A DNA stretch of 64,000 nucleotides from an uncultured archaeon (GCA_964640225.1 CAZXFI010000001.1:51507-115506); one strand, 5' to 3'. Counted from the first letter of the stretch, positions 35,275 through 45,529 are shown. The notes: generated from the sequence alone by a model not told the origin. Program-made: numbers and translations.

Positions 35275-36243
35275 TCACTTGGGCTTCTTCTTTTTGTGCC
35301 AAATCCTGAACAATACCGCTATCGCGATTATTCCTGCAACGCCGGTTCCTATGTACAGGAATCCGTTTCCTCCCGTCCCGGAACTTTCTCCCGACATTCT
35401 GGTAACGGCCCCGGTTACCCCCGTCCCGGCCAGCTCCACCCTGACTTCTTTCTGGGTTGTTCTTCTTATGCCAAGTTCGTCCGTGTAGGACAGCTCCACC
35501 AGAACGTTTCTGGGTCCGGTTTCCCTGATAGTTTCCCTGGTAACGTTTTCCTGAACGAAGTCTCTTTGCCTGAAGGGAATGTCTGTCACGTTTAGCGCGC
35601 CTGAATTTACCTGGAAGCTTGCCAGAGTATAATCCCCCGCGTCCAGGTTACCGATGACGTTGGCGGAAGCCCCGGTTATTCTGTAGCTTTCCTGTTCCGG
35701 AATTCTTATAATAAGGGAATAAGCCGTGTTTTTTCCCGTGTTGACTATGGCAAAAGTAACGGAATCTTCCGAGGAATCCTGCATAACCACCTCAAATTCC
35801 GTCTTGGGGTCCGAAATCTCTATATCAAATTTTTTTGAATAGGTGACCCCGCCGGAGCCGTACCTGTAGCTTACGCCGATTTTATTCTCCCCGTCTATTG
35901 CATCCTTGTCAACCCTTGCCTTGTACTTTATCAGAAAAGCCCTCTCGCCATTTTGCAGGCTTTCCACGGTTCCCAGTTCCCTTGCTGCGCTGACTCCGGA
36001 ATCCAGGGAAAACGGGTATTCCGGCGCCAGCTCCAAAACCACGTTTTCCGCTTTCTTGTTTCCCTGATTCTCCACCTTGAAAAGCAAATCAACGTACCCT
36101 CCCGGCTCGGCCGGGTAGGGATCCTGGTTTACCAGCGAAATGTCCAGAGAAACCCCCTCAACTACGCTGTACGTTGAGTTCGTGGCCGCGCCTGCCAGCG
36201 GACTCAGGAAAACCAGAAAAAACAGTGCCAAAAATCTCTTCAA
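35275..36243 (-). CDS. Exported protein with C-terminal membrane anchor, encoded within the MacB-type ABC operon
   Basis: Signal peptide FLALFFLVFLSPLAGAA, a beta-rich body, then C-terminal TM GVAGIIAIAVLF + KKKKPK. Confidence 0.5.
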   Translation of the reverse strand: MKRFLALFFLVFLSPLAGAATNSTYSVVEGVSLDISLVNQDPYPAEPGGYVDLLFKVENQGNKKAENVVLELAPEYPFSLDSGVSAARELGTVESLQNGERAFLIKYKARVDKDAIDGENKIGVSYRYGSGGVTYSKKFDIEISDPKTEFEVVMQDSSEDSVTFAIVNTGKNTAYSLIIRIPEQESYRITGASANVIGNLDAGDYTLASFQVNSGALNVTDIPFRQRDFVQENVTRETIRETGPRNVLVELSYTDELGIRRTTQKEVRVELAGTGVTGAVTRMSGESSGTGGNGFLYIGTGVAGIIAIAVLFRIWHKKKKPK

Positions 36244-36932
36244 TTCATTTCACCTCCTTTTATTATCCGCCCGTCTCTCAGATTAACAATTCTCCGGGCG
36301 TACTTTGCCACATCTTCCTCATGAGTGACCATTACAATCGTTTCGCCTTCTTTGTGAAGTTTTTCAAAAAAATCCATGATTTCTCCGGCCGTCTTCGTGT
36401 CCACGTTCCCTGTGGGCTCGTCCGCCAGGATTATTGACGGGTTCGTGGAAAGAGCTCTGGCTATCGCTACCCTCTGTATCTCGCCGCCGGACAGCTGGGA
36501 AGGCAGGTGCTCGTGCCTGTTTTCCAGGCCCACCATTTTCAGCAACCCTGACACCCTGTTCCTTACCTCTTTCTCGCTGTAGTTGTGTATTCTCATGGGC
36601 AAGGACACGTTCTCCGTGACCGTAAGGGAGGGGTACAGGTTGAAAAACTGGAATATGAATCCAATCTTACTTCCTCTTATTCTCGCCAATCCGCTCTCTC
36701 TCAGCTCTGAAATGTCATGCCCCTCCAGAAACACGGTGCCGCTGGTGGGAACGTTCAGGCATCCTATCATGTCCATGAGTGTGGATTTCCCGGACCCGCT
36801 GGGGCCCATTATGGAAACGAATTCCCCTCTCCTAACTTTCATGCTCACTCCTCTGAGTGCATGGACTTCCACTTCTCCCATACGGTAAATCTTGCTCACG
36901 TTTTTTAATTCTATTATCGTTCTGGATTTCAT
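36240..36932 (-). CDS. ABC transporter ATP-binding protein (MacB/LolD-like)
   Basis: Walker [11 protein letters not shown], signature [15 protein letters not shown], Walker [12 protein letters not shown]. Confidence 0.9.
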   Translation of the reverse strand: MKSRTIIELKNVSKIYRMGEVEVHALRGVSMKVRRGEFVSIMGPSGSGKSTLMDMIGCLNVPTSGTVFLEGHDISELRESGLARIRGSKIGFIFQFFNLYPSLTVTENVSLPMRIHNYSEKEVRNRVSGLLKMVGLENRHEHLPSQLSGGEIQRVAIARALSTNPSIILADEPTGNVDTKTAGEIMDFFEKLHKEGETIVMVTHEEDVAKYARRIVNLRDGRIIKGGEMN

Positions 36933-37052
36933 TTCTTCATCTCCTGTGTAAGATTTTGCTTTTATATACCTGAAAAGGTAGATTAAGTTATAGTGAAACG
37001 GATTGAAACGGTATATAAGACCCTGAAGAAATCAAGTGAAACGTGATGCTTT

Positions 37053-37577
37053 ATGAAAAAGAGGTACGTAACAGTAATGATTCTGTGTTTTGTTTTCGGG
37101 GGATATTTCCTGTTCTCTTCCCTGTACCAGATGCGCATCTTTTCTCTGGGGGAGGGAAGCGGCATTTTTCCTGAACCTCCCAATTTTTCCGATGACTTGA
37201 ACGACAGCTTTAACAGAAGTAGAATAAGCAGGGGTTTCCAGCAAAACCCGTTTACGGCTTCAATACCGTTCCAGTTTGCGGGAGGCCTGGTGCTGATTAT
37301 GGCCGGAATAACCGTATGGTATCTTACAAATGAAAAAGAACTGAAAAACGTAAAGGAAGGTGTGACCAATTCGCTCCTGCTTCCCGAGGAAAAGGTCATA
37401 CTGGAGGAACTGAAGAAACACGCAGGCCAGCTCACACAGAAGAAGCTGGCGAGGGAAACCGGTCTGACCAGGGTGAAGATACACAGGGTCTTGAACAAGC
37501 TTGAGGAAAAGGGGCTGGTAAAAAGACACCCCTACGGCTCTACCAAGATGGTGGTTATAAAAAAGGATAGAATGTGA
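37053..37577 (+). CDS. Membrane-anchored winged-helix transcriptional regulator
   Basis: Two predicted TM segments, then LTQKKLARETGLTRVKIHRVLNKLEEKGLVKR (HTH/wHTH). Divergent from the ABC operon. Confidence 0.55.
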   Translation: MKKRYVTVMILCFVFGGYFLFSSLYQMRIFSLGEGSGIFPEPPNFSDDLNDSFNRSRISRGFQQNPFTASIPFQFAGGLVLIMAGITVWYLTNEKELKNVKEGVTNSLLLPEEKVILEELKKHAGQLTQKKLARETGLTRVKIHRVLNKLEEKGLVKRHPYGSTKMVVIKKDRM

Positions 37578-38659
37578 TAATTTCCTGTTCTCTGAAAATC
37601 AGTCCATAAATTCCTTGCCCAGTATGTTTTCCCTGTAATCCCTGATTGCAAAGGGTTCCACTGAAATGCTTTCCTGCATGTAGTATATGTTCACCAGGGC
37701 ATTGCTTTTTAATTTCTTTTCTTCGGGCGGTATGCTCATGGACCGGATTTTTTCCAAATCTCTGTTGAGTATCTCTTCCGGATATAATTCCATTGTATTC
37801 CCTTTAGTAGTTGGGAAGAAAAAGATTTAAACCCGTTCTGTATCAAAAGGGGTTATTTCTGGCTCCGTTAAAACTCGCTCCCGGAGCCTTATGGAGCCAC
37901 TTGAATCCAGTCTGTCTGAAATATATCTTGCCGGAGAGATATCTTTATATCCCGAATTCTGCGATAGAGAATCGTCAAACTGGAACGGAGGTGGGGTGGG
38001 ATGGCAATCAAGAAAAAGAAGAAGGTAAACAAAGAGATGGAAGAATAGACGGCAGATACTTTAGGCTTATTTTTTTCTTTTTTTTTATTTTAACATTTCA
38101 TTTCCTTTACACGGCTTCTGATCCTGTCCATTCCAACGTAAACCCTGTCGGGAGCGTCGCAAAGCACCGGCTCTTCTCCGGACTCCCCGCCGTAATGGCA
38201 AGGCGCGTACCTGTTTATCTCCCTTAAAAGTCCCTTCATCTCCGGATTCATTTCCCCGAACAAAGTGAGCGCAGGGCCGGTTTTCCTGCCCATGAAAAAT
38301 ATTGGGTGAGGGAAAATTTAAATTTTTGGATTTAGCCGATGTAGCTGACGTCCCTGCGGGGAACCTTTTTCTTCTGTTTCTCCACGGCTTTCTGGAGCTT
38401 TTCTATGAGGGATTCCACCTGGGGCAGCCGCATGTGTATCTTGGTGAGCTTCTCCTTTCCCTTAGGGGTGGAGCCCAGAAGCTCTATGTAGAACATGTCC
38501 CTTTTCCATTTTATTGAAAATCCCTTTACAAGAACCATGGGTTATTATTCGGGGAAGAATTATTTAAATGCCTCCCGCAAAACCTGTTCGGGAAAGAAAG
38601 TTAGGGAAAAACCGAACAAAATAAGCAGTTTTTTATTTGTCCCTGTCCTAAAAATTAGC

Positions 38660-40768
38660 ATGATAAGCGTTGCAAAAATCATAGGCGTTTTGTCCGTGGC
38701 TTTGGTGATTTTACTGGGTTTTGTTTATTTTTCCCCGGAATCCGTAACCTACGAGGAAGAGGAGGAATACAAGACTTTCTCTTCATGCGAGCAGATGGAA
38801 TCTTTCATCAACGAGACCTCAGACTATTATAATTTTTACGGCCTGGATACGGGAATTATGAGAACGGCAGAAGCCCTGGAGTCCGCGCCGCAGGCTATGG
38901 GTGAGATGGCAGGCAAGGGAGCCGACGAATCCTACGGCACGCCGGAGTACTCCGAGACCAACGTGCAGGTTGAGGGGGTTGACGAGGCCGACATAGTAAA
39001 AACCGACGGCAACTACATCTATGTTCTGTCCCAGAATAAAGTTTCAATAATAGACGCTTATCCCGCAGAAGACGCGGAAATAGTGTCAACCATAGAGTTT
39101 GAAAGCGCCCCGCAGGAGCTTTTCATAAACGGGGACAGGCTCATAGTTTTCGGCCAGTCTTCCCGTTATTACGATTACTACCCGGAGCCTGTGAAAGGCT
39201 TGGCCGTGGACATGGAAATTGGGGAAGAACCCGTGACCAGAGGCTACAGGCACGTGCCCCATGCCTTCATGATGGTCTACGACGTGGAGGCCAGGGAAGA
39301 CCCGGAGCTGGAGAAGAACGTCACGCTGGAAGGATACTACTACGACTCAAGGATGATAGGAGACTACGTCTACATGATAGCAAGCAAGGACGCGAACAGG
39401 AACGACCCGGCGATACCCGTGATATACGAGGACGGGGAATCTAGGTCAGCGTGCAGCTGCGGGGACGTGGGATATTTTGGGATAAAAGACAGCTCCTACA
39501 GGTTCACCACTATTCTCTCCCTTAACACACAGAGCGGGGAAATAAGCAGCGACGTTTACCTGATGGGATACGCCCAGAACCTTTACGTTTCGCGGGACAA
39601 CATTTACATAACCTCCATGAAGAGAATGAGCTACACTAAGTACAGGGAAATGATGATAGAGCAGGTCATAAAATCCTTCGTGCCCCTGGACGTGGCCCTG
39701 AAACTGGACGAGGTCATGAACTCCGACATGAAGGATTACGAGAAGTGGCAGGAAGTGGAGGAAATCATGCAGGATTATTTCAACAGGCTTACCCCCGAAG
39801 AAAAGGAAATGCTGATGACCGAGGGGGAGGAAAAGATGGAGGAGTTTGAAAGGAAGATGGCAAAGGAAATGGAAAAAACAGTCATACACAAAATCGGAAT
39901 AAAGGAATCAGAAATATCGTACAGGGGCAAGGGCGAGGTTCCCGGCTACGCGCTCAACCAGTTTTCCATGGACGAGCACGACGGCTACTTCAGGATAGCC
40001 ACCACCACCGGAAGCTGGAGGTCCGAGAATTACAACCACCTTTACGTCCTGGATTCTGACCTGGAGATATCCGGGAAGCTGGAGGATTTGGCCGAAGGGG
40101 AAAGGATAAAGTCCGCCAGGTTCATAGGCGACCGCTGCTACCTGGTGACTTTCGTGCAGATAGACCCGCTGTTCGTGATAGACCTCTCGGACCCTGAGGA
40201 CCCGGAAGTCCTGGGCGAGCTCAAGGTAAGCGGCTACTCAAGCTACCTTCACCCCTACGACGAGGACCACCTGATAGGCATAGGAAAAGAGACCGAGGAA
40301 GGCAAGTGGGGCCCCATAGAGACCGGGGTCAAGCTCGCGCTTTTTGACGTAAGCGATGTCTCCGAGCCCGAGGAGGTTTCCAAGTACGTGATAGGAGGAG
40401 GCTGGGCCTACACTCCCGTTATGGACGACCACAAGGCCTTCCTGTTTGACAGGGACAGGAACCTGCTCGTAATACCGGCGCAGATAAGCGGAAGAACCCT
40501 GGGATTTTACACGACCTGGCAGGGGGCGTACGTGTTTGACCTAACGCTTGAGGAAGGCTTTGAGCTCAGGGGAACCGTGAGCCACGAGGAAACCAAAGAG
40601 GAAAGCGAGGAAGAGGAGGATTACTATTACAAGTACAGGACCGGATGGGAAAACTACGTGAAAAGGAGCTTTTACATAGACGACGTGCTCTACACCGTGT
40701 CGCAGAGGCTTGTGAAGATGAACGAGCTGGATGACCTGGAGGAAGTTGGGGAAGTCAGCCTAGCATAA
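38660..40768 (+). CDS. Secreted beta-propeller domain protein (PF09826-like) with N-terminal anchor/signal; start at internal ATG 38660
   Basis: MISVAKIIGVLSVALVILLGFVYF. YSETNVQVEGVDEADIVKTDGNYIYV is characteristic of this beta-propeller family. Acidic C-terminal region. Confidence 0.6.
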   Translation: MISVAKIIGVLSVALVILLGFVYFSPESVTYEEEEEYKTFSSCEQMESFINETSDYYNFYGLDTGIMRTAEALESAPQAMGEMAGKGADESYGTPEYSETNVQVEGVDEADIVKTDGNYIYVLSQNKVSIIDAYPAEDAEIVSTIEFESAPQELFINGDRLIVFGQSSRYYDYYPEPVKGLAVDMEIGEEPVTRGYRHVPHAFMMVYDVEAREDPELEKNVTLEGYYYDSRMIGDYVYMIASKDANRNDPAIPVIYEDGESRSACSCGDVGYFGIKDSSYRFTTILSLNTQSGEISSDVYLMGYAQNLYVSRDNIYITSMKRMSYTKYREMMIEQVIKSFVPLDVALKLDEVMNSDMKDYEKWQEVEEIMQDYFNRLTPEEKEMLMTEGEEKMEEFERKMAKEMEKTVIHKIGIKESEISYRGKGEVPGYALNQFSMDEHDGYFRIATTTGSWRSENYNHLYVLDSDLEISGKLEDLAEGERIKSARFIGDRCYLVTFVQIDPLFVIDLSDPEDPEVLGELKVSGYSSYLHPYDEDHLIGIGKETEEGKWGPIETGVKLALFDVSDVSEPEEVSKYVIGGGWAYTPVMDDHKAFLFDRDRNLLVIPAQISGRTLGFYTTWQGAYVFDLTLEEGFELRGTVSHEETKEESEEEEDYYYKYRTGWENYVKRSFYIDDVLYTVSQRLVKMNELDDLEEVGEVSLA

Positions 40769-40943
40769 ATATTTGTAAAACTCGTACTTCCAGTACCCCA
40801 CTTTTTTCAGCACGTCATTAATGGAGGCGCCTTTCTTTATCACGTAGAAGTTTTCATTGTGGAACAATATGAACTCGTTTTTCATTACATCTGTTGGAAT
40901 GTAAATTATTTAAACCTCCCGGGAAAAGAAATATTGTGGGGTT

Positions 40944-41924
40944 ATGTACGAAAAAAAGCAGCCCATATCCTCCCTCAACGAGGGGGACAGGGTGGAAGAC
41001 ATATTCGTGGTCAAGATAAAAAAAGGTATGATGCCCTATAGGAACAAGGAGGGCTCCTACTTCAGGCTTCTTCTTTCAGACAAATCGGGAAAAACACTGG
41101 AATACAACTACTGGGGTTCCGAGGACACGGCGGCGGTAAAGAAAATCTACGACTCCGTAAAGCCGGACTCCGTGATACTGGTAAAGGGTGTCGTTTCAAG
41201 CTTCGGGGGAAAGCTCCAGCTCACATCAAACGAGCCCTCCGAACTAACAGTGCTTAAACCGGGTGAATACGACGAGAGGGAATTCATAAAGCCCCCGAAA
41301 AGGGACCCGAAAAAAATGTACGAAGAGCTTCTCAGGGAAATAGACTCGGTTAAAAACGCCCAAATAAAAAAGCTCCTGGAAAAGATTTTCAAGAACAAGG
41401 ATACAGGTAAAAAGTTCATGAACTACCCCGGGGGGATAGAGATACACCACAATTGGACAGGCGGACTGCTCCAGCACACCCTTGAAGTTCTGGAATACTG
41501 CAAGCTCAGCAGGGAGCAGTTCCCGGAGCTTGACATGGATTTGCTGACAGCGGGAGCGCTTCTTCACGACATAGGGAAGCTGGAGGAGCTGGCAGTAACC
41601 TCAAGGATAAAGGGCACCAACAGGGGCCAGCTGGTCGGGCACATAGTTTTGGGGGCCACCTACGTTTCAAACAGGATGGACGAGACAGGGATGGATGAAG
41701 AGCTCAGGGACAAGATTCTCCACATGATGGTAAGCCACCACGGGAAGCTGGAGTACGGCTCGGCGAAGGAGCCCATGTTCCCGGAGGCCTTGGTTCTTTA
41801 CTACGCGGACGAGATGAGCTCAAAGATAGCCGAGATAAGCGATTTCGTGAAGTCCTCCAGGGAGGATACCGAGGACGACTTCATGTACAACAGGAGAAAA
41901 AGAAGGAACATACTGCTGAAGTAG
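40944..41924 (+). CDS. OB-fold + HD-domain phosphohydrolase (YhaM-like 3'-5' exoribonuclease architecture)
   Basis: N-terminal OB-fold segment. HD motifs HHNWTGGLLQHTLEV, LLHDIGK and VSHHGKLEYGS. Confidence 0.65.
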   Translation: MYEKKQPISSLNEGDRVEDIFVVKIKKGMMPYRNKEGSYFRLLLSDKSGKTLEYNYWGSEDTAAVKKIYDSVKPDSVILVKGVVSSFGGKLQLTSNEPSELTVLKPGEYDEREFIKPPKRDPKKMYEELLREIDSVKNAQIKKLLEKIFKNKDTGKKFMNYPGGIEIHHNWTGGLLQHTLEVLEYCKLSREQFPELDMDLLTAGALLHDIGKLEELAVTSRIKGTNRGQLVGHIVLGATYVSNRMDETGMDEELRDKILHMMVSHHGKLEYGSAKEPMFPEALVLYYADEMSSKIAEISDFVKSSREDTEDDFMYNRRKRRNILLK

Positions 41925-41951
41925 TCTCGGTTTTCTCATAAACATTAACTA

Positions 41952-42548
41952 TTATTTCTTCCTGGCCTTTTTGGACTTGGGTTTTTTCTTTTTCCCAAGC
42001 CTGACCAGCTTCTTAAGCTTTTTCTTTTTCCTTTCCTTTCTTTTTTCCATTCTCATCTCCCTTACGACCCTGCTCCTCTCAAGAAGTATTATGGTCAGCC
42101 TGCTAATCTTGTAGCGGAAAAACAGGTATATTGAAAAATATAGTACAAGGAATCCTGCAAAAGAAAGCGCCATGTAGGAGTAGTTGAATTTCGTGACGAA
42201 GGTGAGAAATATGGCGCCCAGAGAATACACGGTCAGGGCTATGGCAATCGTGTTCCCCTTGTTCTCCAGGTACTCCTCCCTCAGCTCCCTGTACTCGTTT
42301 ACCTGCTCCATTTTTCCCAGTTCCCTTGAGACTTCCTCGTTCGTGTGGAGAGGCTTGCCCCTTTTTACAAAGCCCGTAATGAGTATCTCCGCCAGAAGTA
42401 CCACTACCGCGGTCTCTATGAAAGTCCAGCCGTTTGAATTCAGGAAAAGAACCACAAGGAAAACTGCGAGAACCATGTAGAAGACCAGAAAATTGAATAT
42501 CTTCCTTTCCCTTGATACAAGCTCCTCTATTCTCCCTATCCCCACCAT
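41952..42548 (-). CDS. Polytopic membrane protein with poly-basic C-terminal tail
   Basis: Four hydrophobic helices. The C-terminus is KRKERKKKKLKKLVRLGKKKKPKSKKARKK. Confidence 0.4.
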   Translation of the reverse strand: MVGIGRIEELVSRERKIFNFLVFYMVLAVFLVVLFLNSNGWTFIETAVVVLLAEILITGFVKRGKPLHTNEEVSRELGKMEQVNEYRELREEYLENKGNTIAIALTVYSLGAIFLTFVTKFNYSYMALSFAGFLVLYFSIYLFFRYKISRLTIILLERSRVVREMRMEKRKERKKKKLKKLVRLGKKKKPKSKKARKK

Positions 42549-42579
42549 GAATAAAATAGGTTTTTTGGCTTTAAAAGCA

Positions 42580-42981
42580 TTAGATTCTGTCAGCGAATAT
42601 GTATTTTTTCTTTACCACAAAGGCCGCGAGCAGGCACAGAATAAACTGGGCCACGTAAAGCATAAAATTCTGCAGGTTGAATATCTGGGACTCCAAAAAA
42701 ATGAAAAGCACGCCGTAATCCATGAGGATATGTATTATTATGAATACTATGCCGAAGGCCGGGCCCTCAAGCCACTCAAACCTCTTTATCTTTCTCATGT
42801 ATACGAAGGCGGCCGCGAAAGTCCCTGCCGCCGCGAAAACCATGTAGTTGTGCATCCACAGCTCGGTGCTTCCCATCAGGGACAGGGTGAGAACCGCCTC
42901 CAGAAATATGAAGAGCCATACCAAAACCGCCAGAAGTATGGCAAGGCCCCAGTTGCTGAGGAATTTCCTCTCTTCTATCAT
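42580..42981 (-). CDS. Small polytopic membrane protein
   Basis: 133 aa with four hydrophobic segments. ORF track. Confidence 0.4.
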   Translation of the reverse strand: MIEERKFLSNWGLAILLAVLVWLFIFLEAVLTLSLMGSTELWMHNYMVFAAAGTFAAAFVYMRKIKRFEWLEGPAFGIVFIIIHILMDYGVLFIFLESQIFNLQNFMLYVAQFILCLLAAFVVKKKYIFADRI

Positions 42982-43045
42982 ATTGATATTATAGGGAGAT
43001 AGACTTAAAAAGTTTTTAAATGTATTGTGCCATAACTATAGTTAT

Positions 43046-43285
43046 GCGGGGGTGTCCGAGTAAGTTTTTAGAAAAAGCTTAAGCAAAAACTAAAAGCTTC
43101 GGGAATGGCCAAAACTGAAGTTTTGAACCCCGCCGGCAGACCGGCAAGGTGGCCAGAGGAGCAAGGTTGAGGGCCTTGTGGCTTAGTGCCTTCGCGAGTT
43201 CAAATCGGTCGACATGCACGAAGTGTATGTCCGTGCGTAGCACGTAAGGCGGAAGCCTACCGTGGAGTTCTCGTCCCCCGCACCA
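43046..43285 (+). tRNA. tRNA-Leu(GAG), type II, with two introns (D-loop 43061-43149; T-loop 43206-43269); CCA encoded
   Basis: Hand-folded. Acceptor GCGGGGG/CCCCCGC. D-arm TCC-GAG[intron]TGGCCAGA-GGA. Anticodon stem CAAGG/CCTTG with loop TTGAGGG. Variable arm GGC-TTAGT-GCC. T-stem GCGAG/CTCGT with loop TTCAAAT. Confidence 0.55.
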
Positions 43286-43439
43286 CACTTTGAAATGACC
43301 CCTCTCTTTTCAGGTTTCCGCATTTTTCAAAGCATAAATGTTTGCGCGTAATTGACTTCCGTTGAAGGTATTATATGTTCTCTCCCCGGACTGTCCAGCA
43401 ACCGGCCGCTGATTATCCCGATTTTACCATGTCCCCGCA

Positions 43440-44960
43440 TCACGGATTGAGCTCCTCAAGCAGGCCCTCTATCTCTTCCAGCTTCCTCTCTATCTCCACT
43501 ATGGTTTCTGTTGTATTCCGGGTTTCCTGTTCCTCCGCCTCTGTTTCGTTAACGGAGCCGATCTTTATGAAATCCTGGATTTCCCTGTCGGTCTTGAACT
43601 CCATAACCTCGTTTGTCCTGCTATTGACGAATGCCTGGTAGGCTATACCGGCCGCGTCGTTCGGCACCACCGCAACCTTCCAGTAAAGCGTGTCGTCGGT
43701 CACGAAGGGCAGGGACTCCACCATCCTGAACTTGCTCCAGTCAACCACCGGGTTCTCCCTCCTCACGAAATCCGTGGACTTCACCGGACCGGTGAGAGTC
43801 TCCTTCAGGGGAAGCTCGTACCTCTCTATGGAGCCGTCCGCGGCGTCAATAAGGAAAATCTTGAAAATCCCATGGCTTTCTCCGTAGGGCTCCGTGCTTA
43901 TGAACCACTTAAGCCCTTCAGACGTGTTCATGAGGAAAGGCTGCCTGTTGCTTGAGTCTATGTCCTGTATGTCTATCTGGTCATCGTGTATGAACCACTT
44001 GTTTATCAGGCCCTTGTGGTACTCGTAGGCCCCTATGTAGTAGCGGGCAAGGTTCTCGGGGAATATCCTGTTGTTCTCCAGGACCGGGTTTTCCTGCGCC
44101 TCGTCCGGCTCAAGGAACTGCGTGTTTCCGGAGGAGTCTATTAGAAGAATGCCCTCAAACCTGGGCACTGTGTAAACCAGCCCGAACCAGTGGTGGAAAG
44201 AATAGGATATGGTTGGCACCACAGTGTAAAGCTCGCCGTCCTTCTCCAGGTAATACGGGTCGTCCAGGTCCACCCAGTACTTTTCCTTGTAGATGTTCCA
44301 CTGCAAGTTGTCAAACACCTGCATGCTTTCCCCGACCGCCATGTCCTTCCACACTATGTTGGTGTTTTTTCTCTGCATGGTGGCGTCCACGAAAATCACT
44401 CCCTTGTTCTTTAGCATGAACTCCAGTATGAACCCGTCAGGCACCAGCGGGAACATCCATGTCAGGTTGCCGTTGACGTTGGCTATGTTTTCCGTTCCCA
44501 GCCTGTACTGGCTCAGCTGCAGCGAGTCCTTGCTGTACCTGTAGGCCACTTCAAAGGGCATGAGCCTTATGTTTTCCCTTGTTTCCGGCAGGCTGTCTAT
44601 CGGCCTGTATTCAAGTTCTTCCACCAGGTGCAGTTGCGGGAGCAGGGACGAGAAAACCGGTGAAACCGCGAAAAGTACTATGAGAAGCGGCAGCAGTGAA
44701 AAGGCAAGATTGAACTCCCTGGAAGAGAATTTTCCGTTCTCAAATTTCTGCAGCCTGATTCTTTTCTTGAACACGAATTTAACCAGGACCAGGAGTACAA
44801 CAAGAATCTCTATTATTATAGGAGACCTGTAAAAGAACATGAAAAATCCGTGGAACCAGGGCCTGAAGTACCACACGAAAACAAGTATTACGAGGGCTGG
44901 AATAATTTTCTTGAGAAGATTGCGGGAAATTTTCAGCTTTTTTTTCTTTGCCTGGGCCAT
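43440..44960 (-). CDS. Hypothetical membrane-anchored protein
   Basis: 506 aa. Basic N-terminus, 4-5 TM helices, a large soluble domain and an acidic coiled C-terminus. Confidence 0.45.
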   Translation of the reverse strand: MAQAKKKKLKISRNLLKKIIPALVILVFVWYFRPWFHGFFMFFYRSPIIIEILVVLLVLVKFVFKKRIRLQKFENGKFSSREFNLAFSLLPLLIVLFAVSPVFSSLLPQLHLVEELEYRPIDSLPETRENIRLMPFEVAYRYSKDSLQLSQYRLGTENIANVNGNLTWMFPLVPDGFILEFMLKNKGVIFVDATMQRKNTNIVWKDMAVGESMQVFDNLQWNIYKEKYWVDLDDPYYLEKDGELYTVVPTISYSFHHWFGLVYTVPRFEGILLIDSSGNTQFLEPDEAQENPVLENNRIFPENLARYYIGAYEYHKGLINKWFIHDDQIDIQDIDSSNRQPFLMNTSEGLKWFISTEPYGESHGIFKIFLIDAADGSIERYELPLKETLTGPVKSTDFVRRENPVVDWSKFRMVESLPFVTDDTLYWKVAVVPNDAAGIAYQAFVNSRTNEVMEFKTDREIQDFIKIGSVNETEAEEQETRNTTETIVEIERKLEEIEGLLEELNP

Positions 44961-45263
44961 AGACTATTATTGTGCGCGCTCCATATAAATGGTTCCAAGC
45001 CAGGCAATAGTTTAAATATGTCCGGGTTGAAATATTTTTGGTGATATTATGGAGACCTACAGAGGCTTGGAAATTCTTAAGCGGCCTGAAGTGTCTGCCA
45101 GGGATGTGGAGTACGTAAAGAAAACACTTGAATCCGGGAATTTCACGCAAGAGGTCAAGGACGGCGTGCTGCACATCTATCCCAGGGAGCAAACCAGCTT
45201 GGAAAAAGCTTAAACAGTTAACGGGCCTGATATTGGCTTCAGTTTATATTCTTTCCATTATTT

Positions 45264-45464
45264 CTATTCCTTGTATTTTATCTTCACAATCAGGGCCGCT
45301 ATGAACCCCATGGCCAGGCCCAGGAAGGGTGCTATGTCCCACCTTCCGTAGAAAGCTCCCAGCGCCATCCCCAGGAAGAAAAATCCCACGAAAGCCGTTC
45401 CGAACAAGTCCTTATCCTTGAACTTCTTTGCCATACATATTTTAGAATTGGTTAAATAAAACAT
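45264..45464 (-). CDS. Small two-helix membrane protein
   Basis: 66 aa, hydrophobic. ORF track. Confidence 0.3.
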   Translation of the reverse strand: MFYLTNSKICMAKKFKDKDLFGTAFVGFFFLGMALGAFYGRWDIAPFLGLAMGFIAALIVKIKYKE

Positions 45465-45520
45465 AATTCCGGGTTTTCAGGGAGATTTTTGCAAAATCGG
45501 CCTTATTGCCCTGTGGAAAG

Positions 45521-45529
45521 ATATATAAA
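45521..45529 (+). promoter_or_regulatory. Archaeal BRE/TATA-like element (GGAAAG-ATATATAAA) upstream of the small zinc-ribbon gene
   Basis: TATA-like octamer about 90 nt upstream of ATG 45616. SD AAGGAGGT at 45601-45608. Confidence 0.3.

Noticed and set aside
37811-38293. ORFs 37811..38227 + and 38090..38293 - around the poly-T tract
   Set aside because: They overlap each other and the homopolymer tract. There are no motifs and no way to choose between them from sequence alone.
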